From Pelagomonas calceolata (lineage: Eukaryota), in NCBI GenBank assembly GCA_918797485.1, contig CAKKNE010000004.1, positions 1,240,001 to 1,304,000 of the forward strand: a stretch of DNA of 64,000 bases, written 5' to 3'. A program made the position numbers and the translations under genes. The notes under the pieces were generated by a model. It had not been told where the DNA came from, did not search any database, and was given only the letters and a program-made list of their open reading frames with translations. Each line of letters begins with the position of its first letter. Within the stretch, counting starts at the first letter, position 1. This document shows, in pieces, positions 34,886 through 46,386 of this stretch.

Positions 34886-35173
34886 GTCGGCGCGGCGATG
34901 GCGTCACCCTCACGCCGTCGGCGCGTGGCTTCACCCTAGGAATACTCTAAATATTAATTGTGGTTAACACAGGGTATCGCGGTAGTAGTGTCTAGTACGC
35001 GCGCGGGAGAGCAGCTCGTCGCCCGACGGCCGGCCGGTAAAGGGCCGTCCGTCGGGCACAGCGGCGGCGAGACACGGTCGGTAAAGGACGGTGTCGCCGC
35101 GTCGTCGGTACGCGACGGGCTTCCACGCCGTGCGTACCGACGGTAGCCGCGGGAGGCTACGTCGTCGGGAGGG

Positions 35174-38100
35174 CTAGCGCCCTATCACGCGCATCCCGTC
35201 GCCCGTCACGCGCAGGTACATGTCCGGCGCCAGGTACTGTTGTCTAACCTGCTCCGGCCAGGCCACGTATTCAAAAGTTGATAAAATAGCGTTGGTGTCC
35301 AGCCTCCTGCGACCGTACTCGACCCATCTTCTTTTAAGCGCGCCGGCGCGCATCGCATGAATCAAAGCCAGGCGCACGCCTTTCCCCGTTAAAGCAGCCC
35401 CGAGCTGCTGGTCCTCGATCCAGTCGCTCCCGGCCACGTCGGAAACAATCGAAAGGAACACGCGCGCCGGTTCTTCGTCTTCGAGTCGTTGCGAGGGATC
35501 GACCGCGTTCACAACCGTAGGTGGCAATGGCGGCGGCGCCCGTTCCACACAAGTGACATCCATGGCCTTACTCTTGCCGTTGAACTGTACCGCACTATAC
35601 TCAACTAAGTCGCCCTCGCCGATACTATCCTTAACATCAGAGGCGTGACAAAAAATCTCCTGCCCGTCCGAACCCTTGAGGAAGCCCATCTTCCTCGTCG
35701 CATCGTACCAGAGACACGTGCCTCGGACCCGCTCTACGACGGGAGGCGGCGGCCCGCTGATTCTGACGACGTCTTGAGCTTTGGGCCGGCCCTTGAAGTC
35801 GAGCACACGGAACTCGACGAGGTCCCCCTCGCCCAGAACTTCTTTGACGTCCGACAGGTGCACGAAAATATCGCGCCCTTCGGACTGGACGAAGCCGTGC
35901 TTTTTGCTGGCCTCGAACCTGTGTGGACATCAAATTTCGGGCGCCCCACGCCATCGACGCGATGCTATCTCCGTAGCTGCTGCGTCTGCTCGATGGCGTG
36001 CAGTTTTCAGGCCATCGACGCGACGTCGTCCCCGTGACCGCGTCGGCTCGGATAACCTAACTCATTGGTTGATTTCCACACGGCCTCGAACCACAGGACG
36101 GTGCCGCGCTGGCGCGGCGCCGGCGCGCGGTCGCGGCCGCGCGCGGGCGCCGATTCGCCATTGCGGCCGCGCGGCGCCGGACTCGTCGTGGGCGCCTCGC
36201 CCAATCGGCCCGCTCGCAGCTGGGCAGCTTTCGCGAGCAGCGCGTCCGTCCGCGACGCGGCCGCTTCGACGGGCGCCGCTTCGACGGGCGGCGGCGCCTT
36301 AGCTTTGTATTTCTTGCGGAAGGCGGCCTTGGCCTTCTCGTCGTCGCCTGCGTGGCACGGACGCCGTCACACGAGACGCGTGGACTCTCGTGTGATGATG
36401 AAGACGCCATCGACGCGAAGTGACATCGCGAGGACGCCATCGCCGCGACCACGTCAAGTTCAAGTTCAGTGACGACGCCGAGTCCGCACCGAGGAGATCC
36501 GTCAGATCATCATCTTGCAACAGAGCAAAACAATCTAACCCAACGTCGTTGTCGACGAAGCGCTGCCTTTGCGCCTTCGAGCAGAAGGGCAGCGCCTTGA
36601 GCAGGGGGTCGCTCCGCACCATCTGCGGGACAGGTGGTGGTGAGGGTTCGAGGTTCGGCCGCGTCCAGTCCGGGTGGAGCTCCTTGAGCAGCGTCTTCCT
36701 TTCTAGATTTGTCGCTTTCTTGGGAATCCTGAACCCGATCAACGCGGCCTGCCTCGTCCGTTCGCCGTGGGACATGGCGAGCCACGCTTCCCTCTTTTCG
36801 GCGTGCGTGACGCCGTGCCTCTCGGAGTACTGGGAGTCGCGCCAGCGCTGGTAGGGGTTCCTACTACCTTTCGGGGGTGGGGGTGGGGCCGGCGCCTCCA
36901 CGACGCCGTTCTCTTCTTTCACATAGTGCGCGATGGGGCCTCTCGTATTTGTGGTTCTTTCATAAGTCACGCGCAGGCCCTCCGACAAGGCCAGACCCGC
37001 GTCGCCGCGCGTCATGTAAAAGATGTCTTCGTTCCCGTCGTCTTGCGTGATGAGGCCGCAGGTGTACTTGTTCGCGACGCCTGCGTGGCACGGACGCCGT
37101 CGCGAATACGCGTAGACTCTCACGCGATCATGAAGACGCCATCGCCGCGACCACTTCACGTTGAAGTTCAGTGAAGACGCTGAGTCAGCACCGGGCTTCC
37201 TGTATTTATACGGCCCCTTCTGCTCTCGATGTTCGCACGTCTTTATCGAACCACTCAACCTTCGTCGACAGGAGGCATCCGTCCGCTGGTTGCGCGCGCA
37301 GTCCTCGGAGGACCAGCGGTCCTTTTTCACCAAAGGCTTGGCGTATACCTTCTTCCCTAGTGAAGGAGCGGGGCAAGGCGCGGGGAACGGCGCCGCGGCC
37401 ACGTTTAGTAAAGATTCTTCATCAGCTAACCGTCTAGCCCTGTCTTCCGATGACTCAACCCCAAAGATGCGATCCAGCCTCTGAACTAACGATGGCTGCG
37501 GTGCCAACGATTCACCAATCACAGACCAGGCGTCGCACAAGCGACAGCACGCCGCGACGGAGTGGTCATCGAGGACACCGTGGGGTACTGGGTTCAGACT
37601 AACACCGAACACCGTCAAGGCTTTGAGCAACCATTCCAGCGACGGCAACAGCGTACAACTCTCCGCGCGGACGCCGCCCCCGGAAAGATCGAGCATCGAC
37701 GCCGCGACGCCGAGCTGCTGGTCATTTACTAAATTAAGTGATGTTCTGACCGTAGTATGGTGGGGCATCAAACACTCGCCCCTTCGATCGGACCACGGAC
37801 TGCACATGTACCTCGGTTGGGCCACTTGGACCTGGAGCTCGTGTTTGCCCAACGCCTGGTCTTGGTCGCGCCACAGTTCGATCCGATCTCCCCGTCGTCC
37901 CGACGCCAACGCGGACACGATTTGCGCTCCTAACGGTAAAGTTTCGAAGAGACCCTTCTCAGGTGATGAGGGGAACACGATGGCTTGCTTCCCCGACAGC
38001 ACCTGGACCGAGACGTCTCCAATCGTTAGTCCTAACAGAGCTTCCAACCGGGCGTGGTCGAAGGTCGTGCCGCCCGCGTTCACGACGGCCTGCGGGAACG

Positions 38101-41100
38101 ATACCATCACGACAACTCTCTCACGAGGCGCATGGGCTCTCTTGCGGCCGCATCGACGGCGTCGAAGCGATGCAGCGTCGCCGCGACGCCATCGACGCGA
38201 CCGCGTCAAGTTCAACTTCAATGAAGACGCTGAGTCACTCGCCTTGCTGTTGTAGTCGGCGAAGGACACGCCGAACGCCGTGCACACGTCCAACAAACTC
38301 TTGAGGTCCTTCTTTTCGTCCTTGGATAATGTTTTCTTTTTTATGACGACGTAGTCCTCCCTCGCGACGCACGTCGCGCCGTGCTGCAGTAACCTTAGGA
38401 TTAAGTCACTAGCGGCTTCTCGGCCCGACGGCGTCGCGAGCAACACCAACCCGTCGGCGTGCACCGCGTAACACAGATCCGCCCCATTACGTTGTGCTAC
38501 TAACCTCCGTTCAAAGCCCGGAGAACAGTCCCGCACGAGATCGTTCCTCGTCTTCTGATATAAGTCAACAGTCAAGACAACCCCATTGACGTCATGCTTT
38601 CCATCGAGCGCCTCCATGGCCTCCAACGGGTTGCCCATTCTCACTTTCGCCGTCCGGCGCGTGCCTGCGTCGACCGACGGCGTCGCGACCACGTTAAAGT
38701 TCAATGACGACGCCGAGTCGGCACCCGTCTTGTCCGTGATGAGCTCGACGTTTTCCACGCTCCCGAACTGCTCGAAATGTGTCTTCAGTTCCGGAGCCTT
38801 CATTCTCTTGCTGACACCACCGACGAACAACTCGTCGCTGTGGGATGAGGGAGTCCACGACAGCAGCGCGGTGTAGACGTGCCGCTCGCCACTTATGAAG
38901 GCGTACTCGACCGAGGGCGGAAACAGCGTCGCGATGTGGTCCTTCAACAGCGAAGGGCCCGTCAAGCCCACGCGATGGATGTGCGTCTTATGCTTGACGT
39001 CGTAGAGCTGGAAGAGGCCGTTCGGGGCCGTGGTCCAGGTCAACAACAATCTTAATCTGTTGAGTCTAGCTTCGTCTTGCAGGGGGTCCTCACTTTGTAA
39101 TAACGAAGTAGTCTGGTCATGCTTCGATCGCGTGTCTCTGTCCATCGCCTCGAGGGCTCGCCTATATAAATTGGACGAGGCCGAGCAGAGCTGGCGCATG
39201 CGAGCTTCCACGACCTGTGTGGCACGGACGCCGTCGCCGCGACCCCGACACGTTGAAGTTCAATGAAGACGCCGAGTCACGGACGTTGTGCTTACTGCAG
39301 AATTCTTTTTTAGACGAAGCCGTGACGAGTTTCGCGTAGGCCCTACTCAAACGTAGTAGCGCTATCGGTTCCGACTGCATACCACTGTCCCACCTATAGC
39401 GACTGACGAAACTCCGAGACGCGATCTCGTTATATTCCTGTGGATCTTGGTGGATCAAGGGCGACGCGATGCGCCAGGGGCTTCGAGGTTGCGACAGCGT
39501 CGCTGCTAATGCGCACCCATCGATCAACATCCCACTCTGCGCTGAGAGACCAACTAATCTCCCCAAATGTAGGTCCACGCCTAATTGAGCCACGAACGCG
39601 CCCATGTTCGTGACATCAGCCTCATCACAGTTGCTTGAAGTGATCAGAGCGGAGGAATGCAGCTCGTGGTACGATCGAAGTACACTATCAATAGATGGAG
39701 GCTCGACCGTCTCCGACAGCATCGAGGCAGCAGTTAAGTCCGTCTCGAGCGTCATGAGATCCAACACGACCTTGTCCAGCGGTTGGCGGTGGATTTCCGA
39801 CGTCGTGAACGCGTTCATGCGCAGGTAGCGGTCCCGCCCGTACAAGCGATAGACCGATCCCGGTCGCACTCGACCGGTTCGTCCCGCTCTCTGGACGGCA
39901 GAACTCTGGGAGATCCAGACCTGGTCTAGCATGCTTCTATGAGTCGCGGCGTTGTACGTGAGCTCCTTCGCCGTACCTGGGTGGGAATAATGCTGTCACG
40001 AAACCGCCGCGGCTCCAGCACGAGACGCGTCGACGGCGTCGACTCTCATGCGGCCACATCGACGGCGTCGAGGCGACGTGGTCTCATGAAGACGCCAACG
40101 CCGCGACCGCGTCGTGGCATCGCGTCGAAGCCAACGCCTCCACCGGATCAAGTTCAAGTTTCAGTAAAACGCCGCGTCGGCACCGAGGTCGATGACGTGG
40201 TCGCAGTCCGGGATCGTCACGCCGCTCTCCGCCGCATTTGTAGCTAAGATAACCCTAACTGATTCCGTCTTCTGGAAGACACTTAATTGCTCGTCAAATG
40301 GGACCTCCGAATGGATCGGCGTACAAATAAAGCCCGGTAGTTGTTCTATTTTATCGGTCAAGTCGAGGATGTCGGCTAAACCAGGTACGAATACCAAGAT
40401 CGACGAACCAGGAGTGCCTACTGAACGCACGATGGCTTTGACCAGCGGGTGCTGCGCCGAGGCATGTGGGGGTCTCTCGCCAGTGTGTAGGACTAATCTT
40501 TGAGCATTACTATGCAAGTTCTCCGGCAGTCGTAAACTATCCACAACGTCGTCAGCATAAAACTCGGTCACTGGATAACGTCGAGCCCCGACGTGTAACG
40601 AGCTCGTTCGAGGATCGACGCCGAAGTACGACGCATATAAATCAACACAGACGGTGGCCGACATTAATACGACCCTAATCGTAGGGTGCTCCTGGACCAA
40701 CCTTCGTAATAACAAACAGAGTATCTCCGTATCTACCGATCTCTCATGAACCTCATCAACAATAATGTGCGTGTGCGTCTTCAGGGCTTGCGGGTGGGCT
40801 GCCACCAATCTCACTAAATATCCAGTGGAGCAGAACCAGAGCCGCGTCTTTCTCGATTCGTCTCGCTCCCCAAACCCGAGTCGCAACCCGACCTCCTCCC
40901 CCAAAGACTGGCGGACCCGATCGCACAACGCCCGCGCCGCGATGCGTCGCGGTTGGGAGACGAACATCTTGGCCTTTGAGTCGTTTTCCAAGAGCATGAG
41001 AGGTAATCTCGAACTTTTCCCGCAACCGGTCTCTCCACACACAATCGTGACCCGGTTTCGTGCGATCGTATCCAGGATCTCCAACCGGTGGGCGTCGATG

Positions 41101-42443
41101 GGGAGCTGGGCGGGCACGTTCGCGAGGGCCTTCCTTAAACCAGGAGGCGTCGTCGGCGTCGTCTGTGGGGAGAGGCCCGGCGGTGGTGCTGCGCGCCCTC
41201 TCAATTTGCGACATAAAGCATGAAAACCGGGACCATGATACAAATTCCTAGGACCGTCGGCTCTGACACCGGCCCCTAGATGGCGGAACAGCCCGGACTC
41301 GCACAGAACTCTCTGATACCTATACGCCGCCACGACATCGCTCCACAGTGGAGGCGTTTTACTACCAATCGCATCCAAGTCGTCGGGCGTCGATTGCAGC
41401 ATGCCTCCCAGGGCCCTTGCTGATATATCGTCGAGACATGACTGGAGCTGCTCCCTCATGTTCGATAGGATGGGCTGGAGCACGCGGTCGCCGCCCGGTG
41501 CGGCTACGAGACACCTCACCTCGTCGACGATCGCGTCGATGGCGTCCGGGGACGGTCGCGGCGTTATTGTTGACGAGGGTACGAGCGGAGGCGCGCCGCT
41601 TTCTCCAGATGAGGGCTGATCGAGGGGCCACTCTTCTAACGATTGTAGATCATATAAAGCTCTCGAAAACAATACGGGAGCGCGGTCCGGGCACCTGTAG
41701 TCGGTCGCAAAAAATTCTAAAAGTTTTTCTGGCGACTTCGGCACGTCCAGTGCTAAATGACTAGTGTAGTCGTTGCCCAAAGCTAGGCAGAATTCCACGA
41801 AGAGCGCCTCCGACAGATTTAGCGAGGAGGCGACGCCTGCACGCGTCCAGACGGGGACCTGCGCTTCTCCTATTCTAGCGGCGTGCTCGAGCTCCACATA
41901 TCTCACGTCCCGAAAAACTAAAAAGTCCGAGTCGTTGCCTACAATCAGGGCTTTCCGGCGGCAGGCGTCGATGGCTATGCGCTGGTCCGCTTCTTCGGAA
42001 CACTGAAGCAGCGTCAGTTTTCGCCGCTTGGGGGCGTCCAATCGACGTAAACAAGCTTCAAACACTCTTGAAGCTAACGCCGGTCGGGGCAGGTCGCCGG
42101 CCGGCCTTCGAACCTCCTGGGACCCGTCGGCGTAGCGTTCCAACGTAGACCACTCGTCTCGGCGCTTGGCTAATCGATCTTCGGAGGTGTGCGTCTTCAT
42201 CCTTCGCTGGTCGCCATCTAAGTAGACCACGACCCGGAAGTCTCTGTTTAACAATCGCTCGAGGAACTGCGTCGTCGCGGCATCTAGTGCACCTAAATCT
42301 CCGCCGTATTCGCATTTCTGGTCTCGCAGCGCGTGCGCGCATAACCCGCTTCCATCTATCAGTAGTGTCGTGTCCGCATCGATCGTTTCTAAGGTCGAGC
42401 CGCCGCGCTTTCGTGCCAGGGTCGCGAGGCCGCGGACGCCCAT
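35174..42443 (-). CDS. ~2117-aa multidomain RNA-processing protein: PIN/XPG-like nuclease + DEAH-box helicase + RRM + cold-shock domains + SAM-like; 7 introns
   Basis: MGVRGL..LLIDG..YLDG..EEAD..GNDSDF..LGNDY; GETGCGKS, DEVH, MSAT, QRAGRTGR; LFVGG..FEQFGSV; WFEASKKHGFV..DIFVHLS. Introns 39977-40183, 39215-39284, 38665-38724, 38090-38242, 37081-37191, 36348-36489 and 35919-36091 leave 6354 nt in one frame. Confidence 0.85.
35919..36083. mobile_element. Introner element, TIR family, 165 bp, perfect TSD CCTCGAAC
   Basis: TSD at 35911-35918 and 36084-36091; TIRs CTGTGTGGACATCAA / TTGATTTCCACACGG. The splice restores W|FEAS of a cold-shock domain. Confidence 0.93.
36348..40183 (-). repeat. Six family-B repetitive introns in the helicase gene (60-207 nt)
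   Basis: All begin G(T/C)n2-4GAC(T/G)C(G/A)GCGT followed by an AACTT(G/C/T)AAC motif; they translate as the recurring spurious peptide DSASSLN(F/L)N. Confidence 0.8.
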
Positions 42444-42649
42444 CGCTTCCTGTCTCTGGCTGCCTCGCTGGCTGCGGAGAGCTGCGGAGAGCTGTGCTGG
42501 TGTTGGGTGTGCCGCTAGGTTTGCAGCAGAGCAGAGATGTCACCGATGCAAATGAGCACAGCACAATTTCGGCGCGCAGACTGCGACGCTCTTTAGGTCG
42601 CGCCAAGCTGCTCTGCTCGACAGGCTCCGGCTCCGCGATTCGGCTGGAG

Positions 42650-42671
42650 CTAGCGGCCTGTAAGACACTAG
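42650..42671 (+). promoter_or_regulatory. 22-bp CTAG-bounded upstream motif
   Basis: CTAGCGGCCTGTAAGACACTAG, ~210 bp upstream of the helicase ATG. Confidence 0.7.
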
Positions 42672-42714
42672 CAAACAGATATATATATCTCGATACTTCT
42701 AGTACAAACAATCC

Positions 42715-43110
42715 TTAGTGCGTCTTCAGCGTCAGGCCGTGGTTAAAGATCGGCCGGACTGCTACGTTGAAGAAGACCTCGTGGCAGCCGAAGATAATCG
42801 CCACCTCGACGAGCACGACGGCAGACGTCCAGAGCAGGCGCCGGCCGAGACTCGACGGATGGGGCGTCGCGAAGCCCAGTGTCGCGTGGTGATCCAATAC
42901 GATGCATCCCACGACCAGGAAGAAGAGGCCGAACCACCAGCCCGTCGGGAAGCGGTTGACGAACGTGTGGCCCTCCGTGCTCTCGTCGTCGTCGGGGTAG
43001 GGCAGCCGCCGAAACGCGACGAATTTGCCCCTTGATGTAGTTTTCATCTGGAGCGTCAGCGCCGTCAGCCCGACCGCGGCACCTATCAAAACACGGCAGA
43101 CGAGCATGAC
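42715..43110 (-). pseudogene. 3' fragment of a membrane-protein gene (apparently 5'-truncated)
   Basis: Three hydrophobic segments and a stop at 42715; the upstream sequence is the antisense of a TPR-gene fragment. Confidence 0.45.
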
Positions 43111-43584
43111 CAGGGCAATCTTGCGATCACGTATCGAAACCTCGGACGGAATGAAGAGGCCCTGAGCCTGCGACGAGACGTATACTCTGGATGGTTGAAG
43201 CTCAAGGGCGAGGAACATGAAAATACCCTCCTAGCAGCCAACAACTACGCGACGTCCCTTGTTTGTCTAAAGCGCTTCGAAGCAGCCAAATCACTGTATC
43301 GCAAAACGATCCCCGTCGCGCGACGCGTTCTCGGAGAGGGTCATGACGTCACGTTCAGGATGAGGAAAGGTTACGCACGTGCGCTCTGCGAGGACCCCAC
43401 CGCCACGGTCGACGATCTTCACGAGGCCGTGACGACGATCGAAGAGACGATACGGACGGCTCGGCGCGTGATGGGTCGCGCGCATCCTCTCACAGTGGCA
43501 ATTGAGCACGATCTGCGAAAGACGCGAGCCGTCCTCCGCGCCCGCGAGACGCCGCCGTCGCCGTCGCCGGCGGGGAGTGTGTAA
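43111..43584 (+). pseudogene. 5'-truncated paralog of the adjacent MYND/TPR gene
   Basis: From 43111 it reads QGNLAITYRNLGRNEEAL...AANNYA...RRVMGRAHP, colinear with the C-terminal half of 43770..44897. It has no start codon or zinc fingers. Confidence 0.7.
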
Positions 43585-43672
43585 ATGGGAGCAATATAGC
43601 GACTCTCTGGAGAGAAGACTCGGCCGTAGACTGCAAAACGACGCGTCCTGAGGCGAGCCCTCCTTGTATTAG

Positions 43673-43693
43673 CTAGCGGTTGTAAGGCACTAG
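43673..43693 (+). promoter_or_regulatory. CTAG-bounded upstream motif (21-bp variant)
   Basis: CTAGCGGTTGTAAGGCACTAG, ~75 bp upstream of the MYND gene. Confidence 0.6.
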
Positions 43694-43769
43694 CAAACAA
43701 GCAAGCGGAGTCTCTCGAGGGCTTTTTTGCATCGTAGGGGTGCCCCTGCGCGATTTGACCATATAGAAG

Positions 43770-44897
43770 ATGATCCTCACGCAGTGCGCCGTCTGCGCCA
43801 CCGAGCTTGGCTTAAGCTTGGGCAAGAAATGCGGCCGCTGCAGCACACGCTACTGTGGGCCTGAATGCCAGAAACAACACTGGGAAGCGGGCGGCCACGA
43901 CCAGCTTTGCAAACCGATAAAAAAGGCGGGCGGCGCCGAGCAGTATAATGCCAATAAGAGATACACGGAGGCCGTCGCGGAGGCCGTCGAGGCGTGCGCC
44001 GAGGACACGAAGGGCCAGACGTGCTACATCTGCACGCAGGCCCTCCACTGGAAGACGAAGGAGGGCCTCGTACGCGGGTGTTCGTGCCGCGGGACGGCGG
44101 GCCTCGCGCATGTGTCGTGCCTGGCGGAGCAGGCGAAGATTTTATTCGCGGAGGCCGAGGAGAACAATAAACCATTAGATCCAGCGTGGGCGCGGTGGCA
44201 CACGTGCGGCCTGTGCAAGCAAAATCATCACGGCGTCGTGCGGGGCGCGCTCGGCTGGGCGTGCTGGAAAACGTACGTGGGCCGGCCGGAGGGGGACTGG
44301 AATCGGATCAACGCGATGAATGAGCTCGGGACCGGTTTATCCGCCGCAGAGCACCACGAGGACGCGTTGGCCGTGAGGGAGGCCGAATTGTCTACACGGC
44401 GGCGCCTTGGTGATTCAGAGGAATCCATTCTCACCGTGCAGGGCAATCTTGCGGTCACGTATGTAGTGATCGGGCGGCACGAAGAGGCCCTAAATCTATA
44501 TCGTGATGTATACTCTGGACGTGTGAGGCTCAATGGCGAGGAACACTTGACCACCCTTATAGCAGCCAACAACTACGCGCTGTCCCTAAATGAACTAAAG
44601 CGCTTCGAAGAAGCCAAGCCGTTGCTGCGCAGAACGATCCCCGTGGCGCGACGTGTTCTCGAAGATGGCAATGACACCATGCTCAAGATGAGGTGGACTT
44701 ATGCGCAGACCCTCTACAAGGACGACGGCGCCACGCTCGACGATGTCCGCGAGGCCGTGACGACTCTCGAGGACACGGGACGGATCGCGCGGCGCGTGCT
44801 CGGCGGCGCGCACCCGACCACAACGGGGATTGAGGACCATCTGCGAGTCGCGCGAGCAATCCTCCGCGCCCGCGAGGCGCCGCCGACGAGTGGCTAA
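43770..44897 (+). CDS. MYND zinc finger + RING-variant-like + TPR-repeat protein
   Basis: CAVC..CGRC..YCGPECQKQHW...H..C; CYIC..CSCRG..AHVSCL..CGLC; kinesin-light-chain-like TPR repeats. Confidence 0.85.
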   Translation: MILTQCAVCATELGLSLGKKCGRCSTRYCGPECQKQHWEAGGHDQLCKPIKKAGGAEQYNANKRYTEAVAEAVEACAEDTKGQTCYICTQALHWKTKEGLVRGCSCRGTAGLAHVSCLAEQAKILFAEAEENNKPLDPAWARWHTCGLCKQNHHGVVRGALGWACWKTYVGRPEGDWNRINAMNELGTGLSAAEHHEDALAVREAELSTRRRLGDSEESILTVQGNLAVTYVVIGRHEEALNLYRDVYSGRVRLNGEEHLTTLIAANNYALSLNELKRFEEAKPLLRRTIPVARRVLEDGNDTMLKMRWTYAQTLYKDDGATLDDVREAVTTLEDTGRIARRVLGGAHPTTTGIEDHLRVARAILRAREAPPTSG

Positions 44898-44908
44898 GAA
44901 GTTACTTA

Positions 44909-45910
44909 CTAGAGCGTGGCCTTGGCCGGCGACAAGGGAAGCCGCCTATCAACAATCTCCGAGTCGCGCGCCAAGCCAGTAAGCGAGGAAATGTCCGCCG
45001 GCAGGTGCAGCCCCTCGTGGCCGCCCGACGCTAGTAGGTCGCGGTAGGCCGCGTGCGTGTCCCTAATGACGCCGTGGGCGTAGGCACGCGGCATGCACCG
45101 CTCCTCCAACGCGAATTTGTTCGGCGGCTTGCCGTCGGGGATCTTGTACGTGCGGAACCACTCTCTTATGAAGGAGATCGTTCCTGGCAACAAGCGCTCC
45201 ACATCCTCCACATCATTGAGTTCAGGAGCCCACCGGTCGTCGACGTCAATCGCTACGACCTTCCAGTCGGTCTCGTCGTCGTCGATCATCGCCAGGACAC
45301 CTAAGACTTTGACGGCCCTCACTTGGCCCGTGCCGATTTGTCTTATACCAATTTCGCACACATCCAAAGGATCGTTGTCGCCCGGATAGCCCGTGTCCTT
45401 CGACACGTGCCTCGGGTCCTCCCACGTCCGCGGAAAACACCCATAGTTAAAAAAAATGTCGCCCTTCTTGAACTCGCGCAGCACGCCCTTCTTCTCGTCC
45501 TGCTTGATGGGGCACTTCGTTTCATCGGTCGCCACTTCAAATTTCTTTCTAGTGCACTTGGGAATCTCGCACACAAAATTAAATAAAGGCGGGGCGTTGC
45601 GCGGCGACGCCGGCGCCGACGACGGCGCCGAGGGCGCGACGAGGGGCACGTCGTGCCAGAGGCTCAGCTCTCTGGCTCGTTGCGACGTGTCCTTCTGTAA
45701 GACGTGGACCCGATAATCCTTCGACCCGACGGAGCCGCGTTCGAGTATCAAAGCTTCGTATCTGCGTATCGAGGCCTGGCGCTTCGGGATTGGTGGGTCG
45801 TTGTCTTTTACTTTGTTCTTCTTGTTGTCGCGCTTTTTGAGCTCTATCAGTAAACCAATGACGGAGATGCCTAGGGCGGCGAGCGCGATCTGGAGCGTGG
45901 ACTCGCGCAT
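44909..45910 (-). CDS. Soluble inorganic pyrophosphatase (family I) with N-terminal TM anchor
   Basis: SLWHDVPL, EIPK, NYGCFPRTWEDP, GDNDPLDVCE, DETDWK and YKIPDGKP. Confidence 0.95.
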   Translation of the reverse strand: MRESTLQIALAALGISVIGLLIELKKRDNKKNKVKDNDPPIPKRQASIRRYEALILERGSVGSKDYRVHVLQKDTSQRARELSLWHDVPLVAPSAPSSAPASPRNAPPLFNFVCEIPKCTRKKFEVATDETKCPIKQDEKKGVLREFKKGDIFFNYGCFPRTWEDPRHVSKDTGYPGDNDPLDVCEIGIRQIGTGQVRAVKVLGVLAMIDDDETDWKVVAIDVDDRWAPELNDVEDVERLLPGTISFIREWFRTYKIPDGKPPNKFALEERCMPRAYAHGVIRDTHAAYRDLLASGGHEGLHLPADISSLTGLARDSEIVDRRLPLSPAKATL

Positions 45911-46171
45911 CTTTTGCTTGTTGATGCGCTACCCGATCGTCTTCTTGTTGATGTTGCGCGTCGCGTCGATGGCGTATCACGTCGGATGCTGCCGCGGAGG
46001 CTGCGGTTCCCGACGTCGAGTCTTGAGGCTGGGATGAATCCCTGGCGCCTAGATACGGCTCCTGTTTTCGATGCTGGGCAGTGCCGCGGGATCGGTTCTG
46101 TCCTGCGGCAGCGCTACGCGTGCACAAAGGCAAACGTACAGGCTTGCGCTCCTGGGATTTTTGTCTGCTTG

Positions 46172-46193
46172 CTAGTGTGTTACTGGACGCTAG
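46172..46193 (-). promoter_or_regulatory. 22-bp CTAG-bounded upstream motif
   Basis: Reverse complement CTAGCGTCCAGTAACACACTAG in a divergent intergenic region. Confidence 0.7.
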
Positions 46194-46386
46194 CACCGGG
46201 TCGGCGCGGCTCTGCGTTTTGCCGGGGCTCGCATACCTGGTGGACGTTGACCATTTGAACAGCTCTCAAACGCTGCCGACGAAGCCGCCGTCGAAGCGTC
46301 ACCAGCCGCCGCATCGCCTGGCACTGAAAACTCCCAGGGGCCCCAGCATCCTTCCGCAGCCACACAACACCACAACACCGTAACCA

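Noticed and set aside
36348..40183. Regularly recurring similar segments that could resemble a CRISPR array or protein repeat
   Set aside because: They vary in length, are bounded by GT/GC...AG and are separated by coding exons, so they are introns. No cas genes are present.
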